DNA of 64,000 nucleotides. Origin: an uncultured Nitrospiraceae bacterium. Its GTDB lineage: Bacteria; Nitrospirota; Thermodesulfovibrionia; Thermodesulfovibrionales; Dissulfurispiraceae. The stretch lies in the NCBI GenBank assembly GCA_963727805.1, contig CAVSHF010000003.1, forward strand, positions 1,152,001 through 1,216,000, read 5' to 3'. The position numbers and the translations under genes were made by a program. Below, one piece after another: positions 1 through 11,889 of this stretch (position 1 is the stretch's first letter; each line of letters starts with the position of its first letter). The notes under the pieces were generated by a model, which saw only the letters and a program-made list of their open reading frames with translations, searched no databases and was not told where the DNA came from.

Positions 1-138
1 AAGGCAGGCGCTTATGGAGTCCAGGGACTAGGGGCTTTGATCGTTAAAAAGATAGAAGGGGATTTTTTTAATGTGATGGGTCTGCCATTAAGTGCACTTG
101 CAGAGAGCCTGAAAAAGTTCGGGATTAGAGTATTGTGA
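1..138 (+). CDS. maf: Maf-family nucleoside triphosphate pyrophosphatase, C-terminal fragment (runs off window start)
   Basis: Frame 1 reads [30 protein letters not shown]...stop at 136-138; KAGAY..QG and NV.GLP are Maf motifs. Confidence 0.85.
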   Translation, partial: KAGAYGVQGLGALIVKKIEGDFFNVMGLPLSALAESLKKFGIRVL

Positions 139-160
139 TGACAAATTATCGCCTTCAACC

Positions 161-217
161 GATTCACAATCTTTCATAATCTCTTCGCAGCCTGTTCACA
201 ATTATTTGGTACTCTAT
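161..217 (+). promoter_or_regulatory. Putative OmpR/PhoB-family operator (4 TTCAYAAT-like direct repeats at 10-11 bp spacing) with extended -10
   Basis: gattcacaat-ctttcataat-ctcttcgcag-cctgttcacaat then TGgTACTCT; 45/51 identical to 19074-19124 on the minus strand. Confidence 0.65.
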
Positions 218-389
218 AGCTAAGAACAAAAGATATTTTAGGAAAAAACACCATGAGGGTGAGTCTAAAAAAAAGGGAGGAGATGAAGATTATGTAACGT
301 CGTCATATCTCACAGGAAATTTGGTATGCCATCTGCTATGATGCAACGATAGCGATATATTGCAGCTTACTTTTTGCGAGGAGGTTTAT

Positions 390-896
390 ATGAAAATCAG
401 AAAAATGGGATTAGGGATCATTGGGGCTTCGCTGTTGGTCTTAACAGGATTTGTGAGCCCCAGTGCTGCTGGCGTCAATGTAAATGTAGGAGTATTCGCT
501 CCGCTTCCCCCATTAGTTTTCCCCGCTCCGCCTCCTGTAGTCGTGATCCCGGGGACATATGTTTATGGTGTTCCCGATGCCCAAGTAGATATTCTCTTTT
601 ATCACGGCTACTGGTGGCGTCCTTACGAAGGGCGTTGGTACCGATCACCCCGCTATGACGGATCCTGGAGATATTTTCCTTCTGAAAGGGTTCCTCGTGT
701 CGTAAGGGAACTGCCGCCGGAATATCGTCACTATAGGCCAGCCAATGGACGGATCTCCCACGAAGAGTTTAGAAGAAACTGGAAGGGCTGGGAGAGGGAC
801 AGGCACTGGGACAAGCACGAAGATCGGAGGGACCGTGGAGATCGTGGTGACCGCGAAGACCGTGGTGACCGCGGAGAAGGACATAGAGGCAGATAA
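390..896 (+). CDS. Secreted Pro/Trp/Arg-rich hypothetical protein
   Basis: GAGGAGG RBS before ATG 390; signal peptide, VNVNVG, PPPVVVIPG, WW/WY segments, C-terminal DRG repeats. Confidence 0.7.
   Translation: MKIRKMGLGIIGASLLVLTGFVSPSAAGVNVNVGVFAPLPPLVFPAPPPVVVIPGTYVYGVPDAQVDILFYHGYWWRPYEGRWYRSPRYDGSWRYFPSERVPRVVRELPPEYRHYRPANGRISHEEFRRNWKGWERDRHWDKHEDRRDRGDRGDREDRGDRGEGHRGR
831..875 (+). repeat. Coding 9-bp tandem repeat (Asp-Arg-Gly/Glu x5)
   Basis: gaccgtgga gatcgtggt gaccgcgaa gaccgtggt gaccgcgga. Confidence 0.7.
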
Positions 897-943
897 GCAC
901 TTAGAGGATAGCTGAAGTTTGGCAAAATAGCGGGACCGAAAAG

Positions 944-989
944 GGGACGGTTTGATTATTTACGACAAGTGAAATATTCGAACCGTCCC
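944..989. repeat. Imperfect inverted repeat between convergent genes (terminator or REP-like)
   Basis: gggacggtttgattattt ... aaatattcgaaccgtccc, 16/18 complementary. Confidence 0.55.
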
Positions 990-1042
990 ATTCTCTTTCG
1001 CTCACTTAAGAGCTCAGGAAAATAGACGGACACATCCGATAT

Positions 1043-2035
1043 TTAGGAAAATCTGCCAGCTAGTGATCTATAGCTGGTATTCCGCAGTTTGTTTATAAGG
1101 GCTAACATCTCCCGCCTTGTCTCTGCCCGGAACGCCTCGGTCCTGATGTTTCGTGTATCTCGCAGTCCTTTTACGTACCAGGCAAATAACTTGCGAAATT
1201 TGGTCGTACCGGCAATATCTCCATCAGCCTCGACGGTTAAATCCAGATGACTTATCATGATGTCGACAAGTTCCTCAATACTGGGGCGAGCACGCACAGT
1301 ACCATTTTTCAGATATTGGACCGTCTCATCGAAAATCCATGGATTGCCAAGAGCACCTCTTGCAACCGCGACACCGTCACAGCCGGTCACATCAAAAATA
1401 TTTCTTATCAGTTCTGCTGAAAAGGCGTCTCCGCTAGCAATGACCGGTATGGTGAGTGCTTCTTTCACTTTTCTGATTTCATCATAGTCAACTCTGCCGC
1501 TGTATCCCTGTGACTGAGTCCTGCCATGAATAAAAACAGCACTGACTCCCGCTTCTTGTGCATACAGGGCCACGTCCCTGGCGTTGACCGATGATTTGTC
1601 CCATCCCGCACGGATCTTGACTGTGACTGGCAGGTGTGAATGGTCGACAACTGCTTTGAGGACTTCGAAAAGCGTTCGAGGCTCTCTAAGCATAGCTGAG
1701 CCTTCGCCTCTTTTGGTCACCTTGCTTACCGGACAGGCGGCATTGATATCAAGGACATCGAACTCGTAATCTCGGAGAATATCTAGGGCTTTCAGCATGA
1801 TCTTCGAGTCGTTACCCAATAACTGTAACCCCAAAGGCCTATCAGCGGGGTTTGTCGAGAGCATCTTAAGAGTATTGCTATTGCGATATGTCAGAGCACG
1901 AGCGCTGATCATCTCCGCAAATGCCAGCCCGCAACCGAAGCGCCTATTCATCATGCGGAAAGGAAGATCGCTAACACCCGCCATCGGGGAAAGCATAACG
2001 GGGGAAATCAGTGTCAAATTACCTATTTTAAGCAT
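1043..2035 (-). CDS. dusB: tRNA-dihydrouridine synthase B
   Basis: LSPMAGVSDLPFR, DINAACP, TVKIRAGWD, IHGRT, ARGALGNPWIF. Confidence 0.9.
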   Translation of the reverse strand: MLKIGNLTLISPVMLSPMAGVSDLPFRMMNRRFGCGLAFAEMISARALTYRNSNTLKMLSTNPADRPLGLQLLGNDSKIMLKALDILRDYEFDVLDINAACPVSKVTKRGEGSAMLREPRTLFEVLKAVVDHSHLPVTVKIRAGWDKSSVNARDVALYAQEAGVSAVFIHGRTQSQGYSGRVDYDEIRKVKEALTIPVIASGDAFSAELIRNIFDVTGCDGVAVARGALGNPWIFDETVQYLKNGTVRARPSIEELVDIMISHLDLTVEADGDIAGTTKFRKLFAWYVKGLRDTRNIRTEAFRAETRREMLALINKLRNTSYRSLAGRFS

Positions 2036-2048
2036 TATACCGGAACCA

Positions 2049-2945
2049 TTATCTACCGCTCGATGCCGCATACACCTTCTGAAGCTCTTCTATTGCATCC
2101 TTCCATGGACTTAGCAGTTCCCCCCCATTATCGGTCTCATATCTTACAAACGGTCTTTTAAACATCACATTATCAAAGAAACAATATTTGCCTTTCCGGT
2201 CTTCTTTTGAGGCTCCTGACAATGTCATGATTTCGGTGCTAAAGATGGGGCCTTTTGTATCCAGATCGAGAAGTATCAGATTCCTGGCGTCGATACGCAT
2301 GTCCAGACTTCCGGTCTTCATATTGATCTCGCCGTCCACCTTGACCCCTCCCGATACAATTTTACCTTCAGAGACGACTGAGAGTTTAACTCCTGAGATT
2401 GAGTTTTCAAAAGGATAGACAAGCCCGCTGAAACTGAGGTGCAATTCTTTCAGCGTCATAGTATTTTGCGTTGCTGGGAGTCGTTCGTCTTGCAGTAAAA
2501 CCTGCCCGTTATTGATAAGAAGCCTGCCGATCGAGAAGGCAGTATCGCTGTTGCTTCCTTCTACCTCTCCTTTCCTGCAGATGCCATTCACAAATGGGAC
2601 CATCAGGGTCCCATGCTTATCGATCACGAACTTGAGATAGGGCTTTTCGATGCTGAGGCTCGACACGGAATAATGCCTCTTGAGAAAACCCAGCAAGTCA
2701 GCCCTAATGGTCATGCTCTCTGCCCTCGCAATTTCCCCGTTATCCTTCAACAGCCTTATTCCATAAGCATCGACTCTTCCCCACTTGAGCTCGATCCGCT
2801 CGACATGGAAGTCTTTGCCCAATAATTTTTCGAGCTCTGTCTTGAGGAGTTCGTTGGCGTTCTTTATGAGAAAAAAAAGGACGATGCAGATAATACCGAT
2901 GAGAATCGAAACGATAGCAACTATGCGTCTGCGGAGCTTAGTCAT
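2049..2945 (-). CDS. AsmA/DUF748-like N-anchored periplasmic protein
   Basis: N-terminal TM helix followed by beta-rich AsmA-like segments (VSSLSIEKPYL, IGRLLINNGQV). Confidence 0.55.
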   Translation of the reverse strand: MTKLRRRIVAIVSILIGIICIVLFFLIKNANELLKTELEKLLGKDFHVERIELKWGRVDAYGIRLLKDNGEIARAESMTIRADLLGFLKRHYSVSSLSIEKPYLKFVIDKHGTLMVPFVNGICRKGEVEGSNSDTAFSIGRLLINNGQVLLQDERLPATQNTMTLKELHLSFSGLVYPFENSISGVKLSVVSEGKIVSGGVKVDGEINMKTGSLDMRIDARNLILLDLDTKGPIFSTEIMTLSGASKEDRKGKYCFFDNVMFKRPFVRYETDNGGELLSPWKDAIEELQKVYAASSGR

Positions 2946-2989
2946 ATGTTAACTATACAGTCTTCCGGCATATTCGGCCGGACTATGCC

Positions 2990-4120
2990 TCAGCCTTTAA
3001 TTTCCTTTTCATAAATCCGGTACCGCTTATACAGCTTTCCTCCGATCATCTCTACAAGCCTGATGATGGGAATGTTGTCTTCGAGTATCCAGGAAAATTC
3101 GACGCGCTGATATTTCCCCCTCCTAACGCCCTTGAACGCTTCCCTGAAGAGAATGCCATCAACACCCCTGTTGCGATATTCAGCCTTAATGCCCAGGAGC
3201 AAGAGCCGCAGATCGGGTATTTTCCTCGAATAATAGAGCGCCTTTGCAATCGTCATCGGGTTCAGATTGCCGTGCATCCTCCTGAGGACAAAATTGAAAT
3301 CGGGGAGCATCCCGAGAAACCCGACCGGCTGGCCGTCCTTCTCAGCGATAATGGTCATGTCAGGGACAACCAGCGGCTTGAGCCTTTTTGAGCTGTAATC
3401 GAGTTCATCCTCAGTCATCGGGATAAAGCCCCAATTATTTCCCCACGCAGAATTATAGACTTCCCTGAATCCCCGCATAGCCTCCATGAAATGATTCTTT
3501 GTGACCTGCTTCGTCGTTATACCCCTTTTTTCAGCGATGGCGGCTACCCTCATTATCTTTTCGGGCAGCTCTTCTTCGACCTGATAAATGTAGGCATGCA
3601 AATCCTTGGCCTTCACAAGACCATAGCCTGTCATCAGCTCGTTGTAATAAGGCGGATTGTACGATGTCATTAGCATCGGCGCCTCGTCGAAACCATCGAT
3701 CAGAAAGCCGCACTCCTCATTAGTTGAGAAATTCATAGGACCGCGCATAATCGTGAGTTCCTTCTCCCTTAACTTCTGAGAAACCGTGTCGAGAAGGGCC
3801 TTCGCAACATCGCTATCGTTCGAGCTCTCGAAAAAGCCGAAGAAGCCGGCTTTTTCTTTCCAGGCCCTGATATGGAGATGATTGACAATGGATACTATAC
3901 GGCCAACGACCTTGCCATTCTTCCGGGCAAGAAAGAAGTCGACGTCCGCGTCATCGAAAAAAGGATTCTTCGGGGAGAAATGGACCTTTAAATCATGAGT
4001 TAATTGCGGGGAATATAAAGGGTCTTCCCCGTAAATCGAAAACGGAAGCTTGATGAAATCAAGAAGGTCCCGCTTGCTCTTTACTTCAACAATTTCGATA
4101 CAGCCCTCCGAAAGACGCAT
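2990..4120 (-). CDS. GNAT-fold N-acyltransferase, bacterial ceramide synthase (bCerS)-like
   Basis: VVGRI, GFFGFFE, RGPMNFSTNEECGFLIDGF, YNPPYY, AWGNNWGFIP, SWILEDN; adjacent to spt. Confidence 0.75.
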   Translation of the reverse strand: MRLSEGCIEIVEVKSKRDLLDFIKLPFSIYGEDPLYSPQLTHDLKVHFSPKNPFFDDADVDFFLARKNGKVVGRIVSIVNHLHIRAWKEKAGFFGFFESSNDSDVAKALLDTVSQKLREKELTIMRGPMNFSTNEECGFLIDGFDEAPMLMTSYNPPYYNELMTGYGLVKAKDLHAYIYQVEEELPEKIMRVAAIAEKRGITTKQVTKNHFMEAMRGFREVYNSAWGNNWGFIPMTEDELDYSSKRLKPLVVPDMTIIAEKDGQPVGFLGMLPDFNFVLRRMHGNLNPMTIAKALYYSRKIPDLRLLLLGIKAEYRNRGVDGILFREAFKGVRRGKYQRVEFSWILEDNIPIIRLVEMIGGKLYKRYRIYEKEIKG

Positions 4121-4130
4121 ACTGAGTTAC

Positions 4131-5321
4131 TTATATTAGGCCGAGAGCCTTCCCAACCTTCTTGAAAACGTCGAGCACCTTGTCGAGATGTTCATCGGTA
4201 TGGGTAGCCATATAACTCGTCCTGATGAGGGCTTTACCAGGAGGGACCGCGGGAGACGCAGCAACATTGGCGAATACTCCCTCTTCCTGAAGGGCCATCG
4301 CCATCTTGAAGGCCATCTCATCGGCACCTACGATAACCGGGATAATAGGGGTTTCGCTCGGCCCGACCTGGAAGCCGAGGTCCTTGAAACCTTTGAGCAT
4401 CTTATAGGTGTTGTACCACAGCCTTTTTATCCGTTCTGGTTCATCATCGATAATATCCAGTGCAGCGCTCACCGCTGCAACCGATGCTGGCGGCGGACTC
4501 GCGCTGAACATAAAGGCCCTCGCCATATGCTTAATGAAATGGATAGCATCACCATTGCCGGCTATAAATCCGCCAATCGACGCAAGAGATTTGCTGTAAG
4601 TACCCATAATGAGGTCGATCTCGTTTTCGAGCCCAAAATGTTCGGTGGTTCCTCTTCCCGTCTTCCCGAGGACGCCGATGCCATGGGCGTCGTCAACCAT
4701 CACCCTGGCTCCGAACTGCTTCGCTATCTTGACCACTGAAGGCAGATCGACAATGTCGCCCTCCATGCTGAACACGCCGTCAACGACGATGAGCTTGCCC
4801 CTGCCATTATTATCATTCAGGACCCTTTCGAGATCCGTCATATCGTTATGCCGGAATCTCCTCACCTCGCCATAGGAGAGCTTGCAGCCGTCAACAATGC
4901 TCGCATGGTCCATCTTGTCGATGATGACAACATCATCCTTGCCGACAATCGCTGAAATGACGCCAAGATTGACCTGAAATCCGGTTGAAAAAATAAGAGC
5001 CGCCTCTCGTTTCATAAACTTCGCGAGTTTCTTTTCAAGCTTAACGTGGATATCGAGCGTACCATTCAGAAAACGCGAGCCTGCACAACCCGTACCATAC
5101 TTCTTGATGGCTTCTATAGCCGCTTCTTTAACCCTCGGATGGTTGGTGAGACCAAGGTAATTGTTCGAACCCACCATAATCATCTTCTTTCCATTCATGA
5201 TAACTTCGGGGTCCTGAGCGCTCTCAATAACCCTGAAGAACGGATAAATCCCCGCTAGCTGCAGGTCCTTAGCAATCGTAAATTTAGAAAACTTTTCAAA
5301 TATATCAGTCTTTTCGATCAT
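4131..5321 (-). CDS. spt: Serine palmitoyltransferase (alpha-oxoamine synthase family)
   Basis: [12 protein letters not shown]-terminus, [27 protein letters not shown] (PLP lysine); operon context favours SPT over BioF. Confidence 0.75.
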   Translation of the reverse strand: MIEKTDIFEKFSKFTIAKDLQLAGIYPFFRVIESAQDPEVIMNGKKMIMVGSNNYLGLTNHPRVKEAAIEAIKKYGTGCAGSRFLNGTLDIHVKLEKKLAKFMKREAALIFSTGFQVNLGVISAIVGKDDVVIIDKMDHASIVDGCKLSYGEVRRFRHNDMTDLERVLNDNNGRGKLIVVDGVFSMEGDIVDLPSVVKIAKQFGARVMVDDAHGIGVLGKTGRGTTEHFGLENEIDLIMGTYSKSLASIGGFIAGNGDAIHFIKHMARAFMFSASPPPASVAAVSAALDIIDDEPERIKRLWYNTYKMLKGFKDLGFQVGPSETPIIPVIVGADEMAFKMAMALQEEGVFANVAASPAVPPGKALIRTSYMATHTDEHLDKVLDVFKKVGKALGLI

Positions 5322-6274
5322 AGCCAGTTATGGATCCTGTACCAATCGGCAGTCCACTTAGCTCCTTCCTTTATTTTCACTTTCGGAGAAAAACCAAGTT
5401 TCTCCATGGCCTTTGTCGTATGACACGTCCAGTGGGTATGCTTAATCTCTCGTATCTTGTCCGGGTTGATAATGCTCCCCCCCTGCATCTTTTCGGCGAT
5501 AGCGCCCAAAAAAGGCAGGACACATTTTGGAATCCCCACCTTTATCGGCCTACACTGAAGGGCACCGGAGATGGCGTCTATGATATCATCCGATGAATAG
5601 ATATTCCCATCTGACATGAAAAATATTTCTCCCTCGCCTTCCTCTTTCAGCGCAGAGAGTATTATACCATTTATGAGGTCATCGACGTATAAGAATGAAT
5701 AGTAAGATTTGCCCCAATAGGGTATTAAGCCCGATCTTACCATCTTAAAAAATACCAGTAAATCCTTGTCCCTAGGACCATAAACCGCAGGCGGTCTGAT
5801 GATAGTGAAAGGCATCTTTCCCTTTTGCGCAATAACATATTTTTCACCACCGAGTTTGGTCTTCCCATAAACAGAGACCGGCTTTGCCTCGCACTCCTCG
5901 CTGAGCGGCTTGCCGTCGCAGCTTGGACCGGCTGCCGCGAGGGAACTGAGATAGACAAATCGCTTCGGGGGAGCATGACGCACAACGGCATTAACAATAT
6001 TTTCGGTGCCTTTTTCGTTCGTACGGTATGACTCTTCCTCAGTATGTGCCTTGGTAAGTCCTGCAAGATGAAAAACGTAATCAAAACCCTTGATCCCTGA
6101 AAGCGAATCTGCATCGGTACAGTCTCCTTTGAGGAAGGAGACATTAAGGCCTTCGAGATATCTGAGGCTCAATGTGCTCCTCGTCAGGCAAGTGACATCA
6201 AAGCCTTCCCTGACAAGTGTCTCCACGAGATGGCTTCCGATGAATCCTGTTGCACCTGTGACAAAGGCTTTCAT
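5318..6274 (-). CDS. NAD-dependent epimerase/dehydratase, ceramide reductase (CerR)-like
   Basis: [25 protein letters not shown]; 4-bp overlap with spt. Confidence 0.7.
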   Translation of the reverse strand: MKAFVTGATGFIGSHLVETLVREGFDVTCLTRSTLSLRYLEGLNVSFLKGDCTDADSLSGIKGFDYVFHLAGLTKAHTEEESYRTNEKGTENIVNAVVRHAPPKRFVYLSSLAAAGPSCDGKPLSEECEAKPVSVYGKTKLGGEKYVIAQKGKMPFTIIRPPAVYGPRDKDLLVFFKMVRSGLIPYWGKSYYSFLYVDDLINGIILSALKEEGEGEIFFMSDGNIYSSDDIIDAISGALQCRPIKVGIPKCVLPFLGAIAEKMQGGSIINPDKIREIKHTHWTCHTTKAMEKLGFSPKVKIKEGAKWTADWYRIHNWL

Positions 6275-6345
6275 AGATTGTTTAATTCTAAGGAAAGGAT
6301 AGTCTTTTTTTCAAGGAAGGAAATCACCACAAGATTATCCCGTTA

Positions 6346-7659
6346 TTACTTGCTCCGTACCTTGAGCTTAAGACCACTTACCATTTCCACAATTACCTGT
6401 TCGTCCTTTCCGATAAGTTTATCGGAAGTTGCGGACCAGATTTCGCCGTGGACACGGACCATACCCCCCTGTGGTCCCACTTCGGTTTTTGTGATACCTT
6501 CAAGCCCCACAAGTCCCTCACTCCCGGTAACAGGTCTTGTCTTATGGGCCTTGTAGGCGAGGCGAAAAGTGACAATAAAAAAAATGGCTGTGACAAAGGT
6601 CGCGGGGATTATGATCGACAGCGAAATGCGTAAAAAAGGCAGTGGCGAATCGAAAAGCATGAGGGAGCCGAGAGTGATGGAAAGGGCCCCGCTGGCAGTT
6701 AGCAATCCGTATGACGTGACTTTCACCTCAAGGATAAAGAGGACAATGCCGATGATAATCAGCAAAAGCCCTGCATAGTTCACTGGGAGTGTTTGAAAAG
6801 CATAAAAGGCGACAACCAAAGAGATGGAGCCGATTATCCCCGGCAAAAGCGCGCCCGGATTCGTGAGTTCGAAAAAGAGCCCATAAAAGCCTAGCAGCAT
6901 AAGAATATAAGCGACGCTCGGATCACTGATAATAGTGAGTATCTTGAGCCGGAGACCCATCTTCTCTGTCACGACTATCGCATTGGCAGTGCTGAGCGTT
7001 TTGTCCGTGTTTAGGACCTTCACCTTTTTGCCGTCGATAGATTTCAGGAGTGAAGTCACATCTTTTGCAACAAGGTCGATAATTCCATTTGTCAACGCTT
7101 CAGTTTCGGTTGCCGAAATGCTCTTTCTAACCGCATCTTGCGCCCATATGGAGTTTCTACCACGTTGCTCGGCTATGGACTTGATATAGGCTGCCGCGTC
7201 GTTCTCGGCCTTTTCAGCCATCACCTTGTCCATCTTCCCCCCCATTGACACAGGATGAGCAGCTCCAATATTGGAACCCGGGGCCATCGCGGCGACATGT
7301 GCCGCAAGCATAATGAATACGCCAGCAGAAGCAGCACGGGCTCCGGCAGGCGCAACATAGACCACTATGGGGATGTTGCTCCCCATGATGTCTTTGATGA
7401 TGCTCCGCATAGAGGTATCCAGCCCCCCAGGGGTATCAAGCTCAATGACTAACGCTGCGGCCTTCAACCCAGAAGCCTTTTCGAGCGCTTTATGAATGAA
7501 CTCCGCTGAAACGGGATTGATGATACCGTTTACGGAAATAACAAGCACCTCGCCTTCTTTTACTTCGACCTTGGCAGAAGTATCGCCCGCCGAAATATCA
7601 GTTAAGCCGAATAGACATGCGAAGAGGAGCAAGAAAAGAATTGAGTATCGTTTATTCAT
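6346..7659 (-). CDS. nfeD: NfeD family membrane-bound serine protease (long form)
   Basis: LDTPGG, AASAG, GAAHPV, TM region, C-terminal G.VRVHGEIWSA OB domain. Confidence 0.9.
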   Translation of the reverse strand: MNKRYSILFLLLFACLFGLTDISAGDTSAKVEVKEGEVLVISVNGIINPVSAEFIHKALEKASGLKAAALVIELDTPGGLDTSMRSIIKDIMGSNIPIVVYVAPAGARAASAGVFIMLAAHVAAMAPGSNIGAAHPVSMGGKMDKVMAEKAENDAAAYIKSIAEQRGRNSIWAQDAVRKSISATETEALTNGIIDLVAKDVTSLLKSIDGKKVKVLNTDKTLSTANAIVVTEKMGLRLKILTIISDPSVAYILMLLGFYGLFFELTNPGALLPGIIGSISLVVAFYAFQTLPVNYAGLLLIIIGIVLFILEVKVTSYGLLTASGALSITLGSLMLFDSPLPFLRISLSIIIPATFVTAIFFIVTFRLAYKAHKTRPVTGSEGLVGLEGITKTEVGPQGGMVRVHGEIWSATSDKLIGKDEQVIVEMVSGLKLKVRSK

Positions 7660-7794
7660 GTACCTATGAAATTATACCATTAAAGTCCCCTTTGCCCGCT
7701 CGTGGCGACGTCCGTTTCAGACAAATAATAATCGAATGTATAGTATAATAATAGACATTTGTCCTTTGGACGACTGCAAAGAATTGGGAGGTAA

Positions 7795-8814
<1,020 letters not shown>

Positions 8815-8831
8815 CTCTCAGTTAAGCGCTG

Positions 8832-9464
8832 ATGGATATGAAGTTCGCTCGAGAAGGCTATCCATTTATCGGTCTTTTCGCCGTAGTTACGGCTGTGTCG
8901 CTCCTGTTGGGTCCATTATGGATAGCCCTGTTTCCTTTTGTTTTGACTCTCTTCATGGCCTACTTCTTCAGGGACCCCGAACGGGAAATCCCTGATGGAG
9001 AGGGTCTCATCGTCGCGCCTGCAGACGGCAAAATTCTCGTGCTACAGACCGTCAGAGAATCCCAATACATCAACAATGAAGTCTTGCAAATAAGCATTTT
9101 CATGTCGCCTCTCAACGTTCATGTGAACCGGGCCCCCTGCGACGGGATCGTCGAAAAGGTCATACATACGCCGGGGAAGTTCCTCTCAGCCTTTAAGCCC
9201 GAAGCCTCAGTACAGAATGAAAATATCGCCATGACGATGAGTACGAAATATGGAACGGTCCTCGTCCGTCAGATCGCCGGGTTTATTGCTCGTCGCGCAG
9301 TCTGCCGGGTTGCACCGGGAGAGGCACTCAGGAGAGGCGGCCGTTACGGAGTCATCAAATTCAGTTCACGCGTAGATATATTTCTGCCGTCGACAACAAT
9401 ACCGAAAGTCAGATTAGGAGAAAGGGTCACAGCAGGAGAGACTATTTTGGGATATATACCGTAA
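8832..9464 (+). CDS. psd: Phosphatidylserine decarboxylase proenzyme
   Basis: FFRDP, APADG, IFMSPLNVHVNRAP, QIAG, KFSSRVD. Confidence 0.92.
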   Translation: MDMKFAREGYPFIGLFAVVTAVSLLLGPLWIALFPFVLTLFMAYFFRDPEREIPDGEGLIVAPADGKILVLQTVRESQYINNEVLQISIFMSPLNVHVNRAPCDGIVEKVIHTPGKFLSAFKPEASVQNENIAMTMSTKYGTVLVRQIAGFIARRAVCRVAPGEALRRGGRYGVIKFSSRVDIFLPSTTIPKVRLGERVTAGETILGYIP

Positions 9465-9473
9465 AATAGAATT

Positions 9474-10289
9474 ATGGCCTTTAAAAGAAGAGATCCAAAT
9501 CGAAAGCCCAAAAAGGGCGTCTATTTATTGCCGAATACTCTGACGCTTTGTAGTATGTTTGCGGGTTTTTTCGCCATTTTGTCAGCTATTAACGGAGATT
9601 TCCTCCCTGCCGCTTGGGCGATCATTATAGCAACTGTTTTTGATGGGCTTGATGGCTGGATCGCCCGCCTTACCAACACCTCAACGCGCTTCGGCATAGA
9701 GCTCGATTCATTGTCCGATCTTGTCGCCTTTGGAGTCGCCCCCAGTGTTATGATGTATAAGTGGGTCCTCGCTCCCTTCGAAAGATTCGGCTGGGCCGCT
9801 GCCTTTCTGTTTGTTGCCTGTGGCGCGCTTCGCCTGGCCCGGTTCAATGTGCAGACAGGCGCGCCCGGATCCAAGGCATTCAAGGGGATCCCTATCCCGG
9901 CTGCTGCAACTATCATCTCCTCCATCGTCATTTTTTATTCGACCTTCTGGAGCGGTATTCCGGATAAAAATGTTTTTTTTCCTATAATCACTATAGTAAT
10001 TGCACTTCTGATGGTGAGCACCCTTCGTTATCACGGACTGAAGGAGATAGACTTCCGTGAACGAAAGCCTTTTTGGGTGCTTGTGATTTTTGTCCTCGTA
10101 TTATTCATGCTCCTAATTCATCCATCAACAGCCATCTTTATCTTTGCGATGGCCTATCTCATATGGGGCCTGATCGAAAACATATACCTTTTCATGAAAA
10201 GGCGACGCATGAAGCAGGCGGAGCAGAGCGTACCTGGCGGTGCCGATACAAAGCATACCAGCGAAGGGGAGAATAATGAGGGTCGTTAA
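9474..10289 (+). CDS. pssA: CDP-diacylglycerol--serine O-phosphatidyltransferase
   Basis: DGLDGWIAR...[13 protein letters not shown]-alcohol motif; LRLARFN. Confidence 0.93.
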   Translation: MAFKRRDPNRKPKKGVYLLPNTLTLCSMFAGFFAILSAINGDFLPAAWAIIIATVFDGLDGWIARLTNTSTRFGIELDSLSDLVAFGVAPSVMMYKWVLAPFERFGWAAAFLFVACGALRLARFNVQTGAPGSKAFKGIPIPAAATIISSIVIFYSTFWSGIPDKNVFFPIITIVIALLMVSTLRYHGLKEIDFRERKPFWVLVIFVLVLFMLLIHPSTAIFIFAMAYLIWGLIENIYLFMKRRRMKQAEQSVPGGADTKHTSEGENNEGR

Positions 10290-11787
10290 GATATTCGACA
10301 CTACTCTGAGGGATGGCGAACAGTCTCCCGGTGCATCGATGAATGTTGAGGAGAAGCTTCAGGTTGCCCGTCAGCTCGTAAAGCTTGGAGTCGATATCAT
10401 TGAGGCGGGGTTTCCTATCGCATCGGTTGGCGATTTCGAAGCGGTCAGGATGATTGCTGAAGAGATCAAGGGCGCTACCATAGCCGGCCTTGCTCGGACA
10501 AAATCCGAAGATATAGACCGCGCGGCAGAGGCCATCAAACCGGCGGAGTCGGGCAGGATACATACATTTATTGCCACCTCTGATATTCACCTCCAGTATA
10601 AGTTGAAGATGTCTCGGGAAGCGGTACTCGAGACCGCGATCAATGCGGTAAAAAGGGCCCGGCAGTATACCGATGATGTTGAGTTCTCAGCCGAGGATGC
10701 CACACGTTCTGATCGGGACTTTCTTGCCAGAGTGACTGAAGCGGTGATCAAGGCAGGGGCCAAGACAGTGAATATTCCGGATACCGTGGGATATACAGTA
10801 CCGCAAGAGTACGAAGAACTCATCAGATATCTCATGAATAACGTCCCCAATATCGACAAAGCGATCATATCGGTCCATTGCCATAATGACCTCGGGCTGG
10901 CTGTCGCAAATTCCCTTGCCGCAATCCATGCAGGCGCTGGACAGGCGGAATGCACGGTAAACGGTATCGGCGAGAGGGCAGGTAATGCTTCAATGGAAGA
11001 GATCGTTATGACGCTGAAGACAAGGCCCAAATTTTTCAATGCCGACACGCGCATCAAAACTCAGGAGATATACAAAACGAGCCGGCTCGTATCGAAAATT
11101 ACCGGCATCATTGTTCAGCCCAATAAGGCCATTGTCGGAGCCAATGCCTTTGCCCATGAAGCCGGCATTCATCAAGACGGTTTTTTGAAGGAGCGTTCCA
11201 CTTACGAAATCATGAAGCCGGAAGATGTCGGCATTCCCCAGTCGAAACTCGTCCTCGGGAAACATTCGGGCAGGCATGCCTTCAAACTACGCCTTCAGGA
11301 TCTCGGGTATGAACTGAGCGAGTCCGATATGAACAGTGCTTTTGAAAAGTTCAAACACCTGTCTGATCAGAAAAAATACATTTTCGATGAAGACATAGAG
11401 ACTCTCGTTTCTCAGCAGGTCTCGAAGGTCCCCGAACTATACGCACTCTCAGGACTTGAGGTGTTAAGCGGTATCGATGTCAGGCCGACGGCAACGGTCA
11501 AAATGTTCGCGCATGATCAAATCATCGAAAAGACCGAGCACGGCGACGGCCCCGTAGATGCTGTTTACAGGGCGATCGTTGCGATAACAAATACAAAAAG
11601 CAACCTGCTCAAGTTTGATGTAAAGGGTATTACCGGCGGGACCGATGCGCTTGGTGAGGTCGTTGTGACGCTTGAAGAGAGCGGCAGAACGGTCAGAGGT
11701 CAGGGCGCTGATACGGATATTATAGTTGCCTCCGCAAAGGCGTATATAAACGCCCTTAACAAACTCGCAGTCCGGAAAACACAATAG
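10276..11787 (+). CDS. leuA: 2-isopropylmalate synthase
   Basis: [31 protein letters not shown], regulatory domain GPVDA. Confidence 0.95.
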   Translation: MRVVKIFDTTLRDGEQSPGASMNVEEKLQVARQLVKLGVDIIEAGFPIASVGDFEAVRMIAEEIKGATIAGLARTKSEDIDRAAEAIKPAESGRIHTFIATSDIHLQYKLKMSREAVLETAINAVKRARQYTDDVEFSAEDATRSDRDFLARVTEAVIKAGAKTVNIPDTVGYTVPQEYEELIRYLMNNVPNIDKAIISVHCHNDLGLAVANSLAAIHAGAGQAECTVNGIGERAGNASMEEIVMTLKTRPKFFNADTRIKTQEIYKTSRLVSKITGIIVQPNKAIVGANAFAHEAGIHQDGFLKERSTYEIMKPEDVGIPQSKLVLGKHSGRHAFKLRLQDLGYELSESDMNSAFEKFKHLSDQKKYIFDEDIETLVSQQVSKVPELYALSGLEVLSGIDVRPTATVKMFAHDQIIEKTEHGDGPVDAVYRAIVAITNTKSNLLKFDVKGITGGTDALGEVVVTLEESGRTVRGQGADTDIIVASAKAYINALNKLAVRKTQ

Positions 11788-11889
11788 AGCCATTAGTCTC
11801 CTCTTCCGGTAAAGTCAGTATTCACCATTCTAAAGACCCACGTTAAATAAAAAGCGAACTCATAAATCTTTTCACAGGGGAATGAATCA

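Noticed and set aside
4131..5321. BioF (8-amino-7-oxononanoate synthase) call
   Set aside because: No bio genes nearby; the N-terminal motif and neighbours fit SPT
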